64,000 bases of DNA from an uncultured virus (IMG/VR IMGVR_UViG_3300038530_001278) (lineage: Duplodnaviria; Heunggongvirae; Uroviricota; Caudoviricetes). The stretch lies in the IMG/VR virus record IMGVR_UViG_3300038530_001278; one strand, 5' to 3'. This document shows positions 49,263 through 59,300 of the stretch, in pieces. The notes under the pieces are model-generated. The model did not search any database. It was not told where the DNA came from and was given only the letters and a program-made list of their open reading frames with translations. Position 1 is the first letter of the stretch, and each line of letters opens with the position of its first letter. The translations under genes and the position numbers were made by a program.

Positions 49263-49497
49263 AATGAAACAATTGTTTATTGAAATGCAAGAGAAAGCAG
49301 CTGAAGAAGCAAGAATGCAAGTTGGTATGAATATTCCAGAAGAACCTATAATGACTAGCAATTCGACACCGGCTATACTGTGTCCTAATTGTAATAAAGG
49401 TTATTTAGAATTCAATTGGAAAAACAATGAAGCTAACTGCATCAAATGTGGACAGGACTTTATTCGTGTAGACAATAATACAGTAAGATTTAAGTAA
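49255..49497 (+). CDS. Small Zn-ribbon protein
   Basis: CPNC...CIKC. Confidence 0.7.
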   Translation: MGKMKQLFIEMQEKAAEEARMQVGMNIPEEPIMTSNSTPAILCPNCNKGYLEFNWKNNEANCIKCGQDFIRVDNNTVRFK

Positions 49498-49516
49498 TTC
49501 AAAATTTAAAACAATT

Positions 49517-51808
49517 ATGAAAATAGTAAGTAATTCAGATATTCAGAGTGTAGGCACTGTGAATAAGAGTATAGACTTTGGAATAGACAAAAAGAATATA
49601 GGTATATTATTCAGAGGTTTCTCTGATACTTTATATTCTAACAAGATTGGTTCTATCGTTCGTGAGGTAACTTCTAACTGTTTTGACTCTCATAGAGAAG
49701 CCGGTGTAAAAGATGACGTTGTCATTACTATGGCACCAGCTGATCCTTTGACAGGAAAGAACGGTAAGATTAGCTTCCAGGATGTGGGTGTTGGTCTAAG
49801 CCCTGAAAGAATCAAGGATATATATTCCAAGTATTTTTCTTCCACCAAGAGAGATACAAATGATGAGATTGGTGGATTTGGTATTGGTGCAAAATCACCT
49901 CTAGCATATACAGATGTATTTGAAGTTAACACTATATATGGTGGTATCTTCTATAATTATGTTGTGCATAGAGGAGAGCAAGTTCCTGTTATCAAATTAT
50001 TATCACAGAAGAAAACTGATGAGCGTAACGGTACTACAGTTATTCTTCCTGTGAGAGCTGGTGATGAAGATAGATTTAGATCTGAGTGTAAACACCAGTT
50101 GAGATTCTTCAGTAATATACATTATATAGGACTAGATATAGATCGTAATTACAAGGTTATAGAAGGTAAGCATTGGATTGCGTCTACTAATAATGATCCT
50201 GATTATCGTCTGTCTATATGTCTAGGTGGTGTTAGCTATCCTCTTGACAAGGGACAAGCAGGTCTTAGTCAATATGATGATAAGGAGATGTATTGTGATT
50301 ATTACAATGCTACTACGATTGCTTTGAAGTTTGATATAGGTGAGATAGATGTTACTATGTCTCGTGAGAACGTTGAGTATAATGACAGAACTATTAAAGC
50401 TATACAAGACAAGTATAGAGAAGCAAGAGCAGAACTGCTAGGTATGTATCATGAGTCCTGGTCTAAGGTTAAAGACTTTAGAAAGTATTTTATAGATGCT
50501 AATAACAGAAATCATCATACTATAAAGCTTCCTATAGGAGAACATACTATTGATATTAGTTTTACTATGAGTAGTATGGATCGTCCTGTCTTTGCTCCTT
50601 GGGGTGTAGCTGTAGATTCTACTATGCTATCAATGATTCTAAAAACATATAGAATTATAGATGGTGAAAGAAGTCTAAAGAAGTACGGAAATGAAGCTGA
50701 TAAACTTTTTAAAACTTATGATTTAGATCACTGGTTTAGAAAGGGAGACAAGCTTAGTTCTCTAAAGAGTAACTACATTCATGATGAGATTACTAAGAGT
50801 AGTACTTTTGTTTGTGTTGAAGTAGCAGAAATGGATTGGGATAAAGGCTCTGTCTTTAAAGATAGAAAAGAGGACTATGAAATAGTTAAGCCTTTGTTGT
50901 TGAAATATATAAAAGACAACACTAGTAGCTATGATAAGATTGTAGTTCCTGATTCTTACAAGCCTGCCCAACCTGCTAAAGTTAAAACAAAAGCTCCAAA
51001 AGGTGCAGTATGTGCTAGGGTACCTCATTTTGAGAGATACTGGCATAGAGACAGCGAGTCTGATATTACCTATAAGAAGCTTAGCACTACCTATATTGAG
51101 GTAGAGAATGAGCTAGCAAAAGGTAATACTATTATATATGGTACTCAAGACGAGATAGATATTCTAAACAAATTTTGTCTCATATTTTCTTATCTAGGAG
51201 GTAGACAAGAAAGATCAGGAGATAGAATAGAGATAGGTAAAACACGTGTTACAATACACAAGATTGCAAATAGACATGTTAAGCATTATTCTAATATGGG
51301 TGCATTATCCATAAAAGAGTACATTACTAAACATTATAATCTATTTATATCTTTTAAACATGCTGGTTTATTTAACTCCTTTTATCATAGTCTTGCTTCT
51401 TTGTTTGAAGAGCTAGAAGTTTTTCCTAAAAAGTTTCAAAGTATATATTACAAGACTAACAAGGTTTCTAATAATGGTCAGTGGGATGAGATATTTAACA
51501 AAAGTAAAAGAGGAGACAGTGTTACAAAGCAAGGTACACAAGAAGAAGAAGTACAAAAACTTCTAGAGTATTATAAGATACCTTATGCTCCTGATAACTA
51601 TACTGTAGATGGTGTTAGTATAAAAGCTTTTAACGATATGATGAGAAGTATATACGATGAAATACACTTTTTATCTTATACTGTTGACATATCTAGTACT
51701 AATATAAGAGAGTATAAAGAGACTTCAGAAAAAGGTCTAAACATATTGAAAAATATTATAAAAGACCATTATAAAGTTGTATATTATAAAATCAATAAAT
51801 TTAAATAA
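49517..51808 (+). CDS. rIIA: rIIA-like protein (N-terminal GHKL ATPase)
   Basis: LYSNKIGSIVREVTSNCFDSH, DVGVGLS and STKRDTNDEIGGFGIGAKSPLAY motifs. Confidence 0.85.
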   Translation: MKIVSNSDIQSVGTVNKSIDFGIDKKNIGILFRGFSDTLYSNKIGSIVREVTSNCFDSHREAGVKDDVVITMAPADPLTGKNGKISFQDVGVGLSPERIKDIYSKYFSSTKRDTNDEIGGFGIGAKSPLAYTDVFEVNTIYGGIFYNYVVHRGEQVPVIKLLSQKKTDERNGTTVILPVRAGDEDRFRSECKHQLRFFSNIHYIGLDIDRNYKVIEGKHWIASTNNDPDYRLSICLGGVSYPLDKGQAGLSQYDDKEMYCDYYNATTIALKFDIGEIDVTMSRENVEYNDRTIKAIQDKYREARAELLGMYHESWSKVKDFRKYFIDANNRNHHTIKLPIGEHTIDISFTMSSMDRPVFAPWGVAVDSTMLSMILKTYRIIDGERSLKKYGNEADKLFKTYDLDHWFRKGDKLSSLKSNYIHDEITKSSTFVCVEVAEMDWDKGSVFKDRKEDYEIVKPLLLKYIKDNTSSYDKIVVPDSYKPAQPAKVKTKAPKGAVCARVPHFERYWHRDSESDITYKKLSTTYIEVENELAKGNTIIYGTQDEIDILNKFCLIFSYLGGRQERSGDRIEIGKTRVTIHKIANRHVKHYSNMGALSIKEYITKHYNLFISFKHAGLFNSFYHSLASLFEELEVFPKKFQSIYYKTNKVSNNGQWDEIFNKSKRGDSVTKQGTQEEEVQKLLEYYKIPYAPDNYTVDGVSIKAFNDMMRSIYDEIHFLSYTVDISSTNIREYKETSEKGLNILKNIIKDHYKVVYYKINKFK

Positions 51809-51809
51809 A

Positions 51810-52937
51810 ATGAGTAAAAATCAAATATTTGCAATACGCAGTGACAAAGATGTTACTGCGTTGGTCAACGGCATAAGCTACTACAAGAGCGAATCCGATA
51901 AGACTAAAGCTCAGTCATTATACGAGAGAATAAAGACTGTAGCATTGAACCCAACTAATTTACTTGTAGATGAGTTAATACAAGAATTTGATCCTACATC
52001 TAAGATCTATGGTCAAGAAAGTCTTGTAAGAGACAGTATGGGTAACTGGTTCCTAAAAGGTTATAGTGAGCCGTTACCTTCTAGACTTCTAAATAAGATG
52101 AGAGAGTTTATAGATAATGATATTCCTCTAACTCCTCTTGTTAACTTCTGGAAGTTGACTATGTTAAATCCTGCAGATCATGTAAAGCGTGATTTGTATA
52201 ATTTTATGGACCAGTATGAGTTTCCTATTACTGACTCTGGTTATTTTATAGCCTACAAGTCTGTAAAGAAGACTGATAAGACATACAAAGCTGTTAATAT
52301 GTGGATACCAAAAGAGTATATACAATTAAAAGCGTCCGGTAAAGATCCTAAAGACTATACTGTTGTAGATAAGAAAGGTAACTTCTCTGTAGTTGAGACT
52401 GATCTTATTACAAATGATGGTGGCGATTACATATCTCCAGAACATGTTGCTGGTAATCTTGATGAAATGTTTAACAGCATCAATGATCTGAGTGGAGATG
52501 TAGACGCACCTGAATTTACTGACTGGCATCAAGGTAGCACATCTATTAGACTTGGCTCTCCTGTAACTATGGATAGAAGTCAATGTGATGGTAATCCTAT
52601 GAACACTTGTTCTAGTGGATTACACGTTGGTGCACCAGGATATGTCAAAGGATTCGGTGGAGGTGGCGGTAACGTCTACCTTGCGTGTCTTGTAAATCCT
52701 ATGAACGTAGTTGCAGTACCTTCTGATTATTCTTATATGAAGATGAGATGCTGTGAGTATTATGCTTATGGTATTGTAGATCTAGATAATAATATGTCTA
52801 TTACTACACCATACTTTGAGCATGACTACAAGACGTGGGAGACAGAAGCTCTAGAGAAAGAACTCGAAGAGTACAAGAAAGAAAGAGCCGGTGAGAAAGT
52901 TGGTATCATAAAAGAACGACTTATATCAGTAGCTTAA
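51810..52937 (+). CDS. rIIB: rIIB-like protein
   Basis: PITDSGYFIAYKSV, CSSGLHVG and VNPMNVVAVPSDY...KMRCCEY; follows rIIA; likely ATG at 51810. Confidence 0.85.
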   Translation: MSKNQIFAIRSDKDVTALVNGISYYKSESDKTKAQSLYERIKTVALNPTNLLVDELIQEFDPTSKIYGQESLVRDSMGNWFLKGYSEPLPSRLLNKMREFIDNDIPLTPLVNFWKLTMLNPADHVKRDLYNFMDQYEFPITDSGYFIAYKSVKKTDKTYKAVNMWIPKEYIQLKASGKDPKDYTVVDKKGNFSVVETDLITNDGGDYISPEHVAGNLDEMFNSINDLSGDVDAPEFTDWHQGSTSIRLGSPVTMDRSQCDGNPMNTCSSGLHVGAPGYVKGFGGGGGNVYLACLVNPMNVVAVPSDYSYMKMRCCEYYAYGIVDLDNNMSITTPYFEHDYKTWETEALEKELEEYKKERAGEKVGIIKERLISVA

Positions 52938-52950
52938 GATGGTTTATAAT

Positions 52951-53020
52951 CACAAGAGGGGTCAAGCGTGGAAAAGAAGCGTGCAGGGTTACCGAGTCCC
53001 AACCTCTCTTTGTGTTTTTT
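52951..53020 (+). terminator. Hairpin with a large internal region, followed by a U-tract
   Basis: CACAAGAGGGGT pairs with ACCTCTCTTTGTG, then TTTTTT. Confidence 0.5.
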
Positions 53021-53043
53021 TAATTTAATTATTATATTGTATT

Positions 53044-53979
53044 ATGGATTACTTACAAAGTAAAAAGATAAGTAACTCGTCTTTGTCATATATAAATCCA
53101 GAACAGGGTGGTTCACCTAGAAAGTTCAAAGATTATCTAGATGGCAATTTAGAGCACTTAGAGACACCTTCTCTATACGCTGGTAGTACCATACATAAGT
53201 TTATACTAGAGCCAGATACGTTCGCTATATCGGACGTAGAACGACCTAGTGATACAATTGTCAAGATTATTGACAAGGTGTATGAAATTACTAGAGCAGA
53301 GATGGACACTGACTTAAATAGCCACAAAGAGTATATTTTTGGCAGTGCAAAAGAATTCAACTATGGACAGAGTTGGAAGCCGGATACATTAATTAAGAAG
53401 ATAATAGAACAAGGTAATGACTATTATAACTTCTTACTACGAGCTGACGGTAAAATCTGTATAGATGCTAAGATGGCTTCTATACTAACATCTGTTAGCG
53501 ATTCTCTCAGGAATAATAAAAAAGCATCTGAACTATTATTTGGTGATGGTGAAAATGAGAAAGAATTGTATTGGGGACCTAACTGTACCTACAAGTCAAA
53601 GATAGACAGACTTGCTAAATGTGATTGTGATGATCATGAATTTCATTTAGTAGATCTGAAAACAACATCTAAGAGTGTAGAACTATTCAGGAATTCTTTT
53701 GACTATTATCATTATGATAGACAACTAGCATTTTATTATGATGCTCTTGTAGATCAGAACATCGGACCATTAGGTGAGGTGTATATAATAGCAGTAGAAA
53801 CTACAGGATATTATCAAACTAGAGTTATTGAAGTCGACATGAGCTTAATAGAAGCCGGTAGACAGAAATACAAAGACTTGCTTGATAGAATAGCTTGGCA
53901 TAAGGATAGAGCAGACTGGTCCGACCGGAGAGAGATACTCGAAGGAGACAAAGTAACTGTTTTTAAAGATGATAACTAA
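53044..53979 (+). CDS. PD-(D/E)XK exonuclease (RecE/ExoVIII-like)
   Basis: GSTIHKFILEP, KSKIDRL, LVDLKTT and YDRQLAFY motifs. Confidence 0.85.
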   Translation: MDYLQSKKISNSSLSYINPEQGGSPRKFKDYLDGNLEHLETPSLYAGSTIHKFILEPDTFAISDVERPSDTIVKIIDKVYEITRAEMDTDLNSHKEYIFGSAKEFNYGQSWKPDTLIKKIIEQGNDYYNFLLRADGKICIDAKMASILTSVSDSLRNNKKASELLFGDGENEKELYWGPNCTYKSKIDRLAKCDCDDHEFHLVDLKTTSKSVELFRNSFDYYHYDRQLAFYYDALVDQNIGPLGEVYIIAVETTGYYQTRVIEVDMSLIEAGRQKYKDLLDRIAWHKDRADWSDRREILEGDKVTVFKDDN

Positions 53980-54157
53980 CGAAGAAAAAGCTAAGTATAA
54001 CAAAAAGTCACAAATAGCACTTGATAAGATTAAAAGTAGTATAAAAAGACATGTAGATAATAAGAACGTAGCTGGTCCATTTTATGTGGACGGTTGCGTT
54101 ATCTACTGTAATAAAGAAAAAGTAGAAGAAGTAAAAGAAAAGTATAAAATAAAATGA
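53969..54157 (+). CDS. Hypothetical protein
   Basis: 62 aa, overlapping both neighbours. Confidence 0.55.
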   Translation: MITNEEKAKYNKKSQIALDKIKSSIKRHVDNKNVAGPFYVDGCVIYCNKEKVEEVKEKYKIK

Positions 54158-54630
54158 CTAAAGAACAATACGACAATATCCGAGCCCATTTAAATGAATG
54201 TGCTGAAGGAGTCATGTCCTTAAAGCAACCAGAATACACCGGTGAAAACGAGGACGTGTTACATAATTTTAAGAGTACAGCAGACTTAGTAGGTATATCA
54301 CCACTAGAGGTCTGGTCTGTATTTTTTATCAAGCATGTACAATCTGTAACGTCACATGCTAAGAACCCAGATTTAAAAGAATCAGAACCTATTAAAGAAA
54401 GGTATGTTGATTTATTAAATTATATACACTTGGGATATGCTCTTGTTAAAGAACAAGAAGATGTAAAAGTAGAATTTGTAGGTACAGCACACGATCCTCA
54501 GTTTGGAGATTACAAAATACAACCTGGAGATGCTGGAACCGAAGCTGCATATATAAAAAAGAAGTATCCTAAGATATATGAGAAATATAAAAAATACTAC
54601 GAAGATGGCAATAAAACCAATAAAGATTGA
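54154..54630 (+). CDS. All-alpha nucleotide pyrophosphatase-like / nucleotide-modification-associated protein
   Basis: KQPEY...DVLHNF, KH and EPIKERYVDLLNY pattern. Confidence 0.55.
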   Translation: MTKEQYDNIRAHLNECAEGVMSLKQPEYTGENEDVLHNFKSTADLVGISPLEVWSVFFIKHVQSVTSHAKNPDLKESEPIKERYVDLLNYIHLGYALVKEQEDVKVEFVGTAHDPQFGDYKIQPGDAGTEAAYIKKKYPKIYEKYKKYYEDGNKTNKD

Positions 54631-55078
54631 TTTACCTCTTGAAGATAAAAATTATATAAGTTTATTAGAAATAGAAAAATCAGTAAGAGAGATAACTAAA
54701 ATTGATATTAGAGTAAAGACTAGGAAGAGAGAGTATGTAGAAGCAAGAGCTTTATTTTATTTCTTAGCCTCTGAGTTTACTATATATAGTGTAACACAGA
54801 TAGCAAGACATTTAGGAATGCATCATGCAAGTGTATTGTATCATAAAGAACAAATCCCTTATAGTATCGCACAAGATCCTAGACTAGAGATGTGGTATTT
54901 ATGTATATACAATAACTTAATAGAATTGGTTAAAGTAAAGAAGTCACAAACAGGTAGTACAGAGTATGTAGAAGTAAACAATATTTTTGAGAAAGTAGAG
55001 TTTCTTCTAGCTGAAGTTAAAAGACTTAATAAATTAATAACAGATAACACAGAGATAAATGAGTATCAAGAGTTATAA
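54605..55078 (+). CDS. Protein with a DnaA C-terminal-type HTH
   Basis: KTRKREYVEARALFYFLA...SVTQIARHLGMHHASVLY; likely ATG at 54605. Confidence 0.7.
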   Translation: MAIKPIKIDLPLEDKNYISLLEIEKSVREITKIDIRVKTRKREYVEARALFYFLASEFTIYSVTQIARHLGMHHASVLYHKEQIPYSIAQDPRLEMWYLCIYNNLIELVKVKKSQTGSTEYVEVNNIFEKVEFLLAEVKRLNKLITDNTEINEYQEL

Positions 55079-55247
55079 ATTAGATTATGTAGAACTACAT
55101 CCCGGTCAAGATCAGGAAGAAGAAGACTATGTAATCCTTAAGACCGATAGATTAGATTGGTCAATAGATCAATTTATGAGAAATAGAAATATAATAGCGT
55201 ATAAAGTAACAGAAATAAAAGATGGAACAGAATATGAAAATAAATGA
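55059..55247 (+). CDS. Hypothetical protein
   Basis: 62 aa, LKTDRLDWSIDQFMRNR. Confidence 0.6.
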   Translation: MSIKSYKLDYVELHPGQDQEEEDYVILKTDRLDWSIDQFMRNRNIIAYKVTEIKDGTEYENK

Positions 55248-56313
55248 TAGGTTTGGCAATGAACTTATTATAGATAAAGAAGCACCATACCAGGTGCACA
55301 TTGTCCAAGCAGACGAAAACAGATCACGTATGGTAGGGTTCTTAGAACCACAATCAGACGGAACGTTTACATATAAGAAACGTGAGAAAGAATCTGATGT
55401 CTATAGAAAAACTAAAGCATGGAGTATACACGGTAGAATCCTAGACTTTGCACAACGTATTGAGTACACTACAGAACGAGCAGTGTATACTATAGATACA
55501 GTAGATGCAAAAGTTAGATCAGGTAAAATGATGTATAAAAATGCTAGTTATACAGAGAAGTTATACATACCAATAAAATATTGGAATATAAAATTCTTTG
55601 AAAGACAAGACCAAGTACTATGTGATCGACTAGGTTACGAGTGGTGGTCTGAAATAAAACATGTATTCGGCAAACCTGAGATGCTACAACTAGGACTATG
55701 GTTAAAACAAAGACGTAAAGAAACTACTGTCTACCCTACAGCCTTAGAAACATTCAATGCATTTAAGTATTGCTCAATGCTTGATACTAATGTAGTAATC
55801 ATAGGACAAGATCCATATCATGATGGTAGTGCTCATGGTCTAGCTTTTTCTATAAGAGAAGGACAGACTAAAGTACCTCCTTCACTTAAGAACATTCTTA
55901 AGGAAGTACAGGATGATGTTTATGCAGAAAACTTTGCATTTAAATCGGCTCATAGTCCCGTACTAACAAGATGGGCTACACAGGGCGTGTTATTATTAAA
56001 CAGAGCTCTAAGTGTAGAACAAGGCAAGCCTCTCTCGCACCAAAAACAATGGCTTGGTTTTGTTGATCTTGTTCTACGAATACTCATTGACTTTAAAACA
56101 CAGAGAAAAGAACCGTTAGTAATAATGGCATGGGGTAAAGAAGCTCAGAAATGTATACCTGAAGATTATTCTGAAGAGTATATACATATAATAGCTACGC
56201 CTCATCCAGCTGCAGAAGCATATAGCGGTGGTAACTCTGGATTTTTCGGGTCAAAACCTTTTACAAGGTGTAACGAGTTTCTTGATAAGTTTAAGAAACA
56301 TATTCAGTGGTAA
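55222..56313 (+). CDS. ung: Family 1 uracil-DNA glycosylase with a ~130 aa N-terminal extra domain
   Basis: IGQDPYH, AHGLAFS, PPSLKNI, QGVLLLN and PHPAA motifs. Confidence 0.9.
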   Translation: MEQNMKINDRFGNELIIDKEAPYQVHIVQADENRSRMVGFLEPQSDGTFTYKKREKESDVYRKTKAWSIHGRILDFAQRIEYTTERAVYTIDTVDAKVRSGKMMYKNASYTEKLYIPIKYWNIKFFERQDQVLCDRLGYEWWSEIKHVFGKPEMLQLGLWLKQRRKETTVYPTALETFNAFKYCSMLDTNVVIIGQDPYHDGSAHGLAFSIREGQTKVPPSLKNILKEVQDDVYAENFAFKSAHSPVLTRWATQGVLLLNRALSVEQGKPLSHQKQWLGFVDLVLRILIDFKTQRKEPLVIMAWGKEAQKCIPEDYSEEYIHIIATPHPAAEAYSGGNSGFFGSKPFTRCNEFLDKFKKHIQW

Positions 56314-56320
56314 TATAGAT

Positions 56321-56394
56321 AAGTGAGTATTACATTAAAGGCACATTATGGACTAACATATAGGTCGTCATCCATAATGGTAATGCTCACTTTT
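56321..56394. terminator. Structured element at the convergent junction (probable bidirectional terminator)
   Basis: 13-bp outer stem AAGTGAGTATTAC/GTAATGCTCACTT and 9-bp inner stem CATTATGGA/TCCATAATG. Confidence 0.65.
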
Positions 56395-59300
56395 ATCTAT
56401 TTTGTATATTTACAAAGTTTCTTAAGGCAAGTTCTGGATCAAATCTAGTACCACTTATTCCTAACCACTGTAGAGCACGTACTTTTAATTTGTTCTCTCC
56501 TTTGTCCCACGGACCGGTAGCTCTTTCATACTCTTCAAACGGAGCACCAAGCTGACTTAACAATTTCATAGTTCTTTCAATACCAGTACTCATTGCTGTT
56601 GGTGATCTAAGTATCCTTAACATTTCAGTAACAGCATACGGAGTAGGAGTAAATGCTAGTAGTTCTGCTCTGGTTGTTTGCAGTATATACATTAAATAAT
56701 AGATTGATACTGGTGCTTCTTCTTCATCGTCATCCTGTAGACTTGCTACTACACCTAGTACAGTTGATAATATAGCTAATGTTATTAATTCATTCAAGAC
56801 TTTAAACAAAGACTCTTTGTCTTGTGGTGTTAATGTAGATCTTTTATAAGTATCTAATGCTTTTTTTACTAATGTAGACTCTGCACTAGTCTTCCAGGCA
56901 TTCCACATATTATTTATAGATCTTCTATAGAAACCACCATCTGGTTCACCCTTCTCGTGATTAACAAAATCTACTCTCCATCTATTCATCATAGTAGGAA
57001 CAAGGAACTTTCTAAACAGTTCTAACATTCTACCCGCAGCACTTTGTGATAGCACAGACTTATCAATAGTTTTATAATTACCGTTTAGTCTTCTGTTCAT
57101 TTCAGATAACTCTACTACTGTTTTTCTAACTACTTCTTTTGCGGCTAATTGTTCTGCTTCAGTTCCTTCTATCATTTGAAACTTGCCATCCTTAATTGTA
57201 AAAGCATCATACAAACTAACTTCATTTCCTCCTAACGTTACTTTTCTTTTTCTAAGTAACGCAATAGTTGCTCCTCCTTGTGCTAATACTTCACCAATAT
57301 GATAGTTTATTAACAAGTTATCCGGATTAGCTATTGTTTGTCTGATCATAGTCCTACCTGTAGTTTGTTTACCACTAGCAAAATCATCAAAGTTTCCTTG
57401 TATTGCATCAAAGTATAATAGTAGTTGTCCTAGGTATGAATAATTACCTGACTTTTTATACTTATCATCCATTAAATTTTTTGTTTCCCTAATCATTTCT
57501 GCATGTCCAGATATAAACTCATTAACAGAAATCTTTCCTTTGTTAGCTCTAGAAGCTCCTGCCTCTATTCCTTGTTGCCAAACAGCTGTAAGATAGTTTC
57601 TACCTCCTTTTAAGAAATCAAGACCTAATGTTGTAATAGCAGTATAACCTAACATGGTATCAATTAATTTATCAAGTTGTATGTCTTTACCAAATATATT
57701 TACACTTTCTATGTTTTTAGTCTTACCTAATAAAACCATCTCAATATATTTTTCTAATCGTGCACCAACATAACTTTGACCTTGTTTCATGTTAGCTACT
57801 TTTCTACCCATTTTTTGTATACCTATAATATCTGATTGTTCAGGTTTCGCTACTCTAGTCTGTGCATATACATCTCTAAGCATATATGCAATTTTAAGAA
57901 CTTCATTGTTTTGTTCTGTTCTTAGTGCAGCGTTATAGAAAGTCATTATAGAACTTTTTATATCTAAAGACACTTCATCTGCAGCTATATCGTCCATAAA
58001 ATAAACAGGTGCATAGTTTCTAGATTGTCCTTGTAATGCAGCATAACCATAAACAAATGCATCGTCTTCATCTACTGTAAATAATCTTGATATCTCTCTT
58101 TTAATACCTTCAAAGGTAGTGTTGTCTAGTATTCTATCTAAGAATCCTCTTCGTAAAGATGGCAATTGCATGTCTACGCTTTGTTTTTTATACACTAGAG
58201 ACAGTGCATCTCTATATACATTTGTAAAGATCTGGTGTGCTTCTCCTGCTTTATTTTTAGGTTTGTCATTTTTATCGTATAAAGCTGCCCATTTTTTATT
58301 TATATATTTATCATTCGGTCTAGTTACCTGGTATCCAAAATAACTAGGTGTTTTACTTTCAAATCCATATACTTGTTTCTCTACTACTTTCATTATATCA
58401 AGTTCTTCTTGAGTTATAATACCTAGTTCAAACATAGCTATAGAATTCATTTGACTTCTTGCCCAGCTTTTTTTATCCGTTCCTACTCTAGTCATTATTG
58501 CTCTGATCTCATCTATGCTTTTTGGAATAACATTTTTTCCAAACCATTTTCTTTTCCTTAGTCCAAGTCTTACAATTTCAGATTCCTTTACACCGTTTGC
58601 TTTTTGTGATTGTAATAATTGTAATCTAGCTTCCAGGTCACTTATTATACTAGCTACAGCTTCTTGATTTTCTTGTTGTTTATACGTTTCAATAGCTTTT
58701 GTAATCTTATCTATTTTAGTATCTCGTTCTTTTATTACTTGAGCTCTTAGCTCATTCATAAGTTTTGAGTTTCCAGTTATTTTATCTTCTTCTATTTTTT
58801 GAGCTGCATCATAAGCACTTGCATCTATTTTAGTTACAAGAGTCCAAACATCTCTATTACCAGTTCCTCTATTATTTTTTAACTCAATAATAGCATCATA
58901 CAATTTACGTGGGTTACTTTCTACTCCTAATCCTTTTTCCTTTCTATCTTGTTTTAGTAGATTCTCTGCATCTTCTAGTCTGTTTGCAACGTTGATGCCT
59001 CGTCTTCTTGCTTCTATTGCTAGAGCTGAAGAGTAATTTACTAGAGCTGCTAATCCAGGATCGGACGTAGTACCAGGTGCCATTAGCATATATCCAAACC
59101 AATCCATATCATGTGCACTATACATTAAGAACTTAGCAAAATCTTCTTCTGATTGAGGTGCTTGTTCTGCTAATTTTGTAAACTTATTTATTCTTGCCTT
59201 AGCTCTTTTTATTCTTTCATTTTTATCAGCAAGATTACTAGCTTTTAGTTTAGCTATTTGATCATTAAGACTTTTTAAATTAGTATCAATATATTTTTTT

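Noticed and set aside
37381..55050. Minus-strand ORFs within the early/replication module
   Set aside because: They are antisense to motif-bearing genes and have no recognisable motifs.
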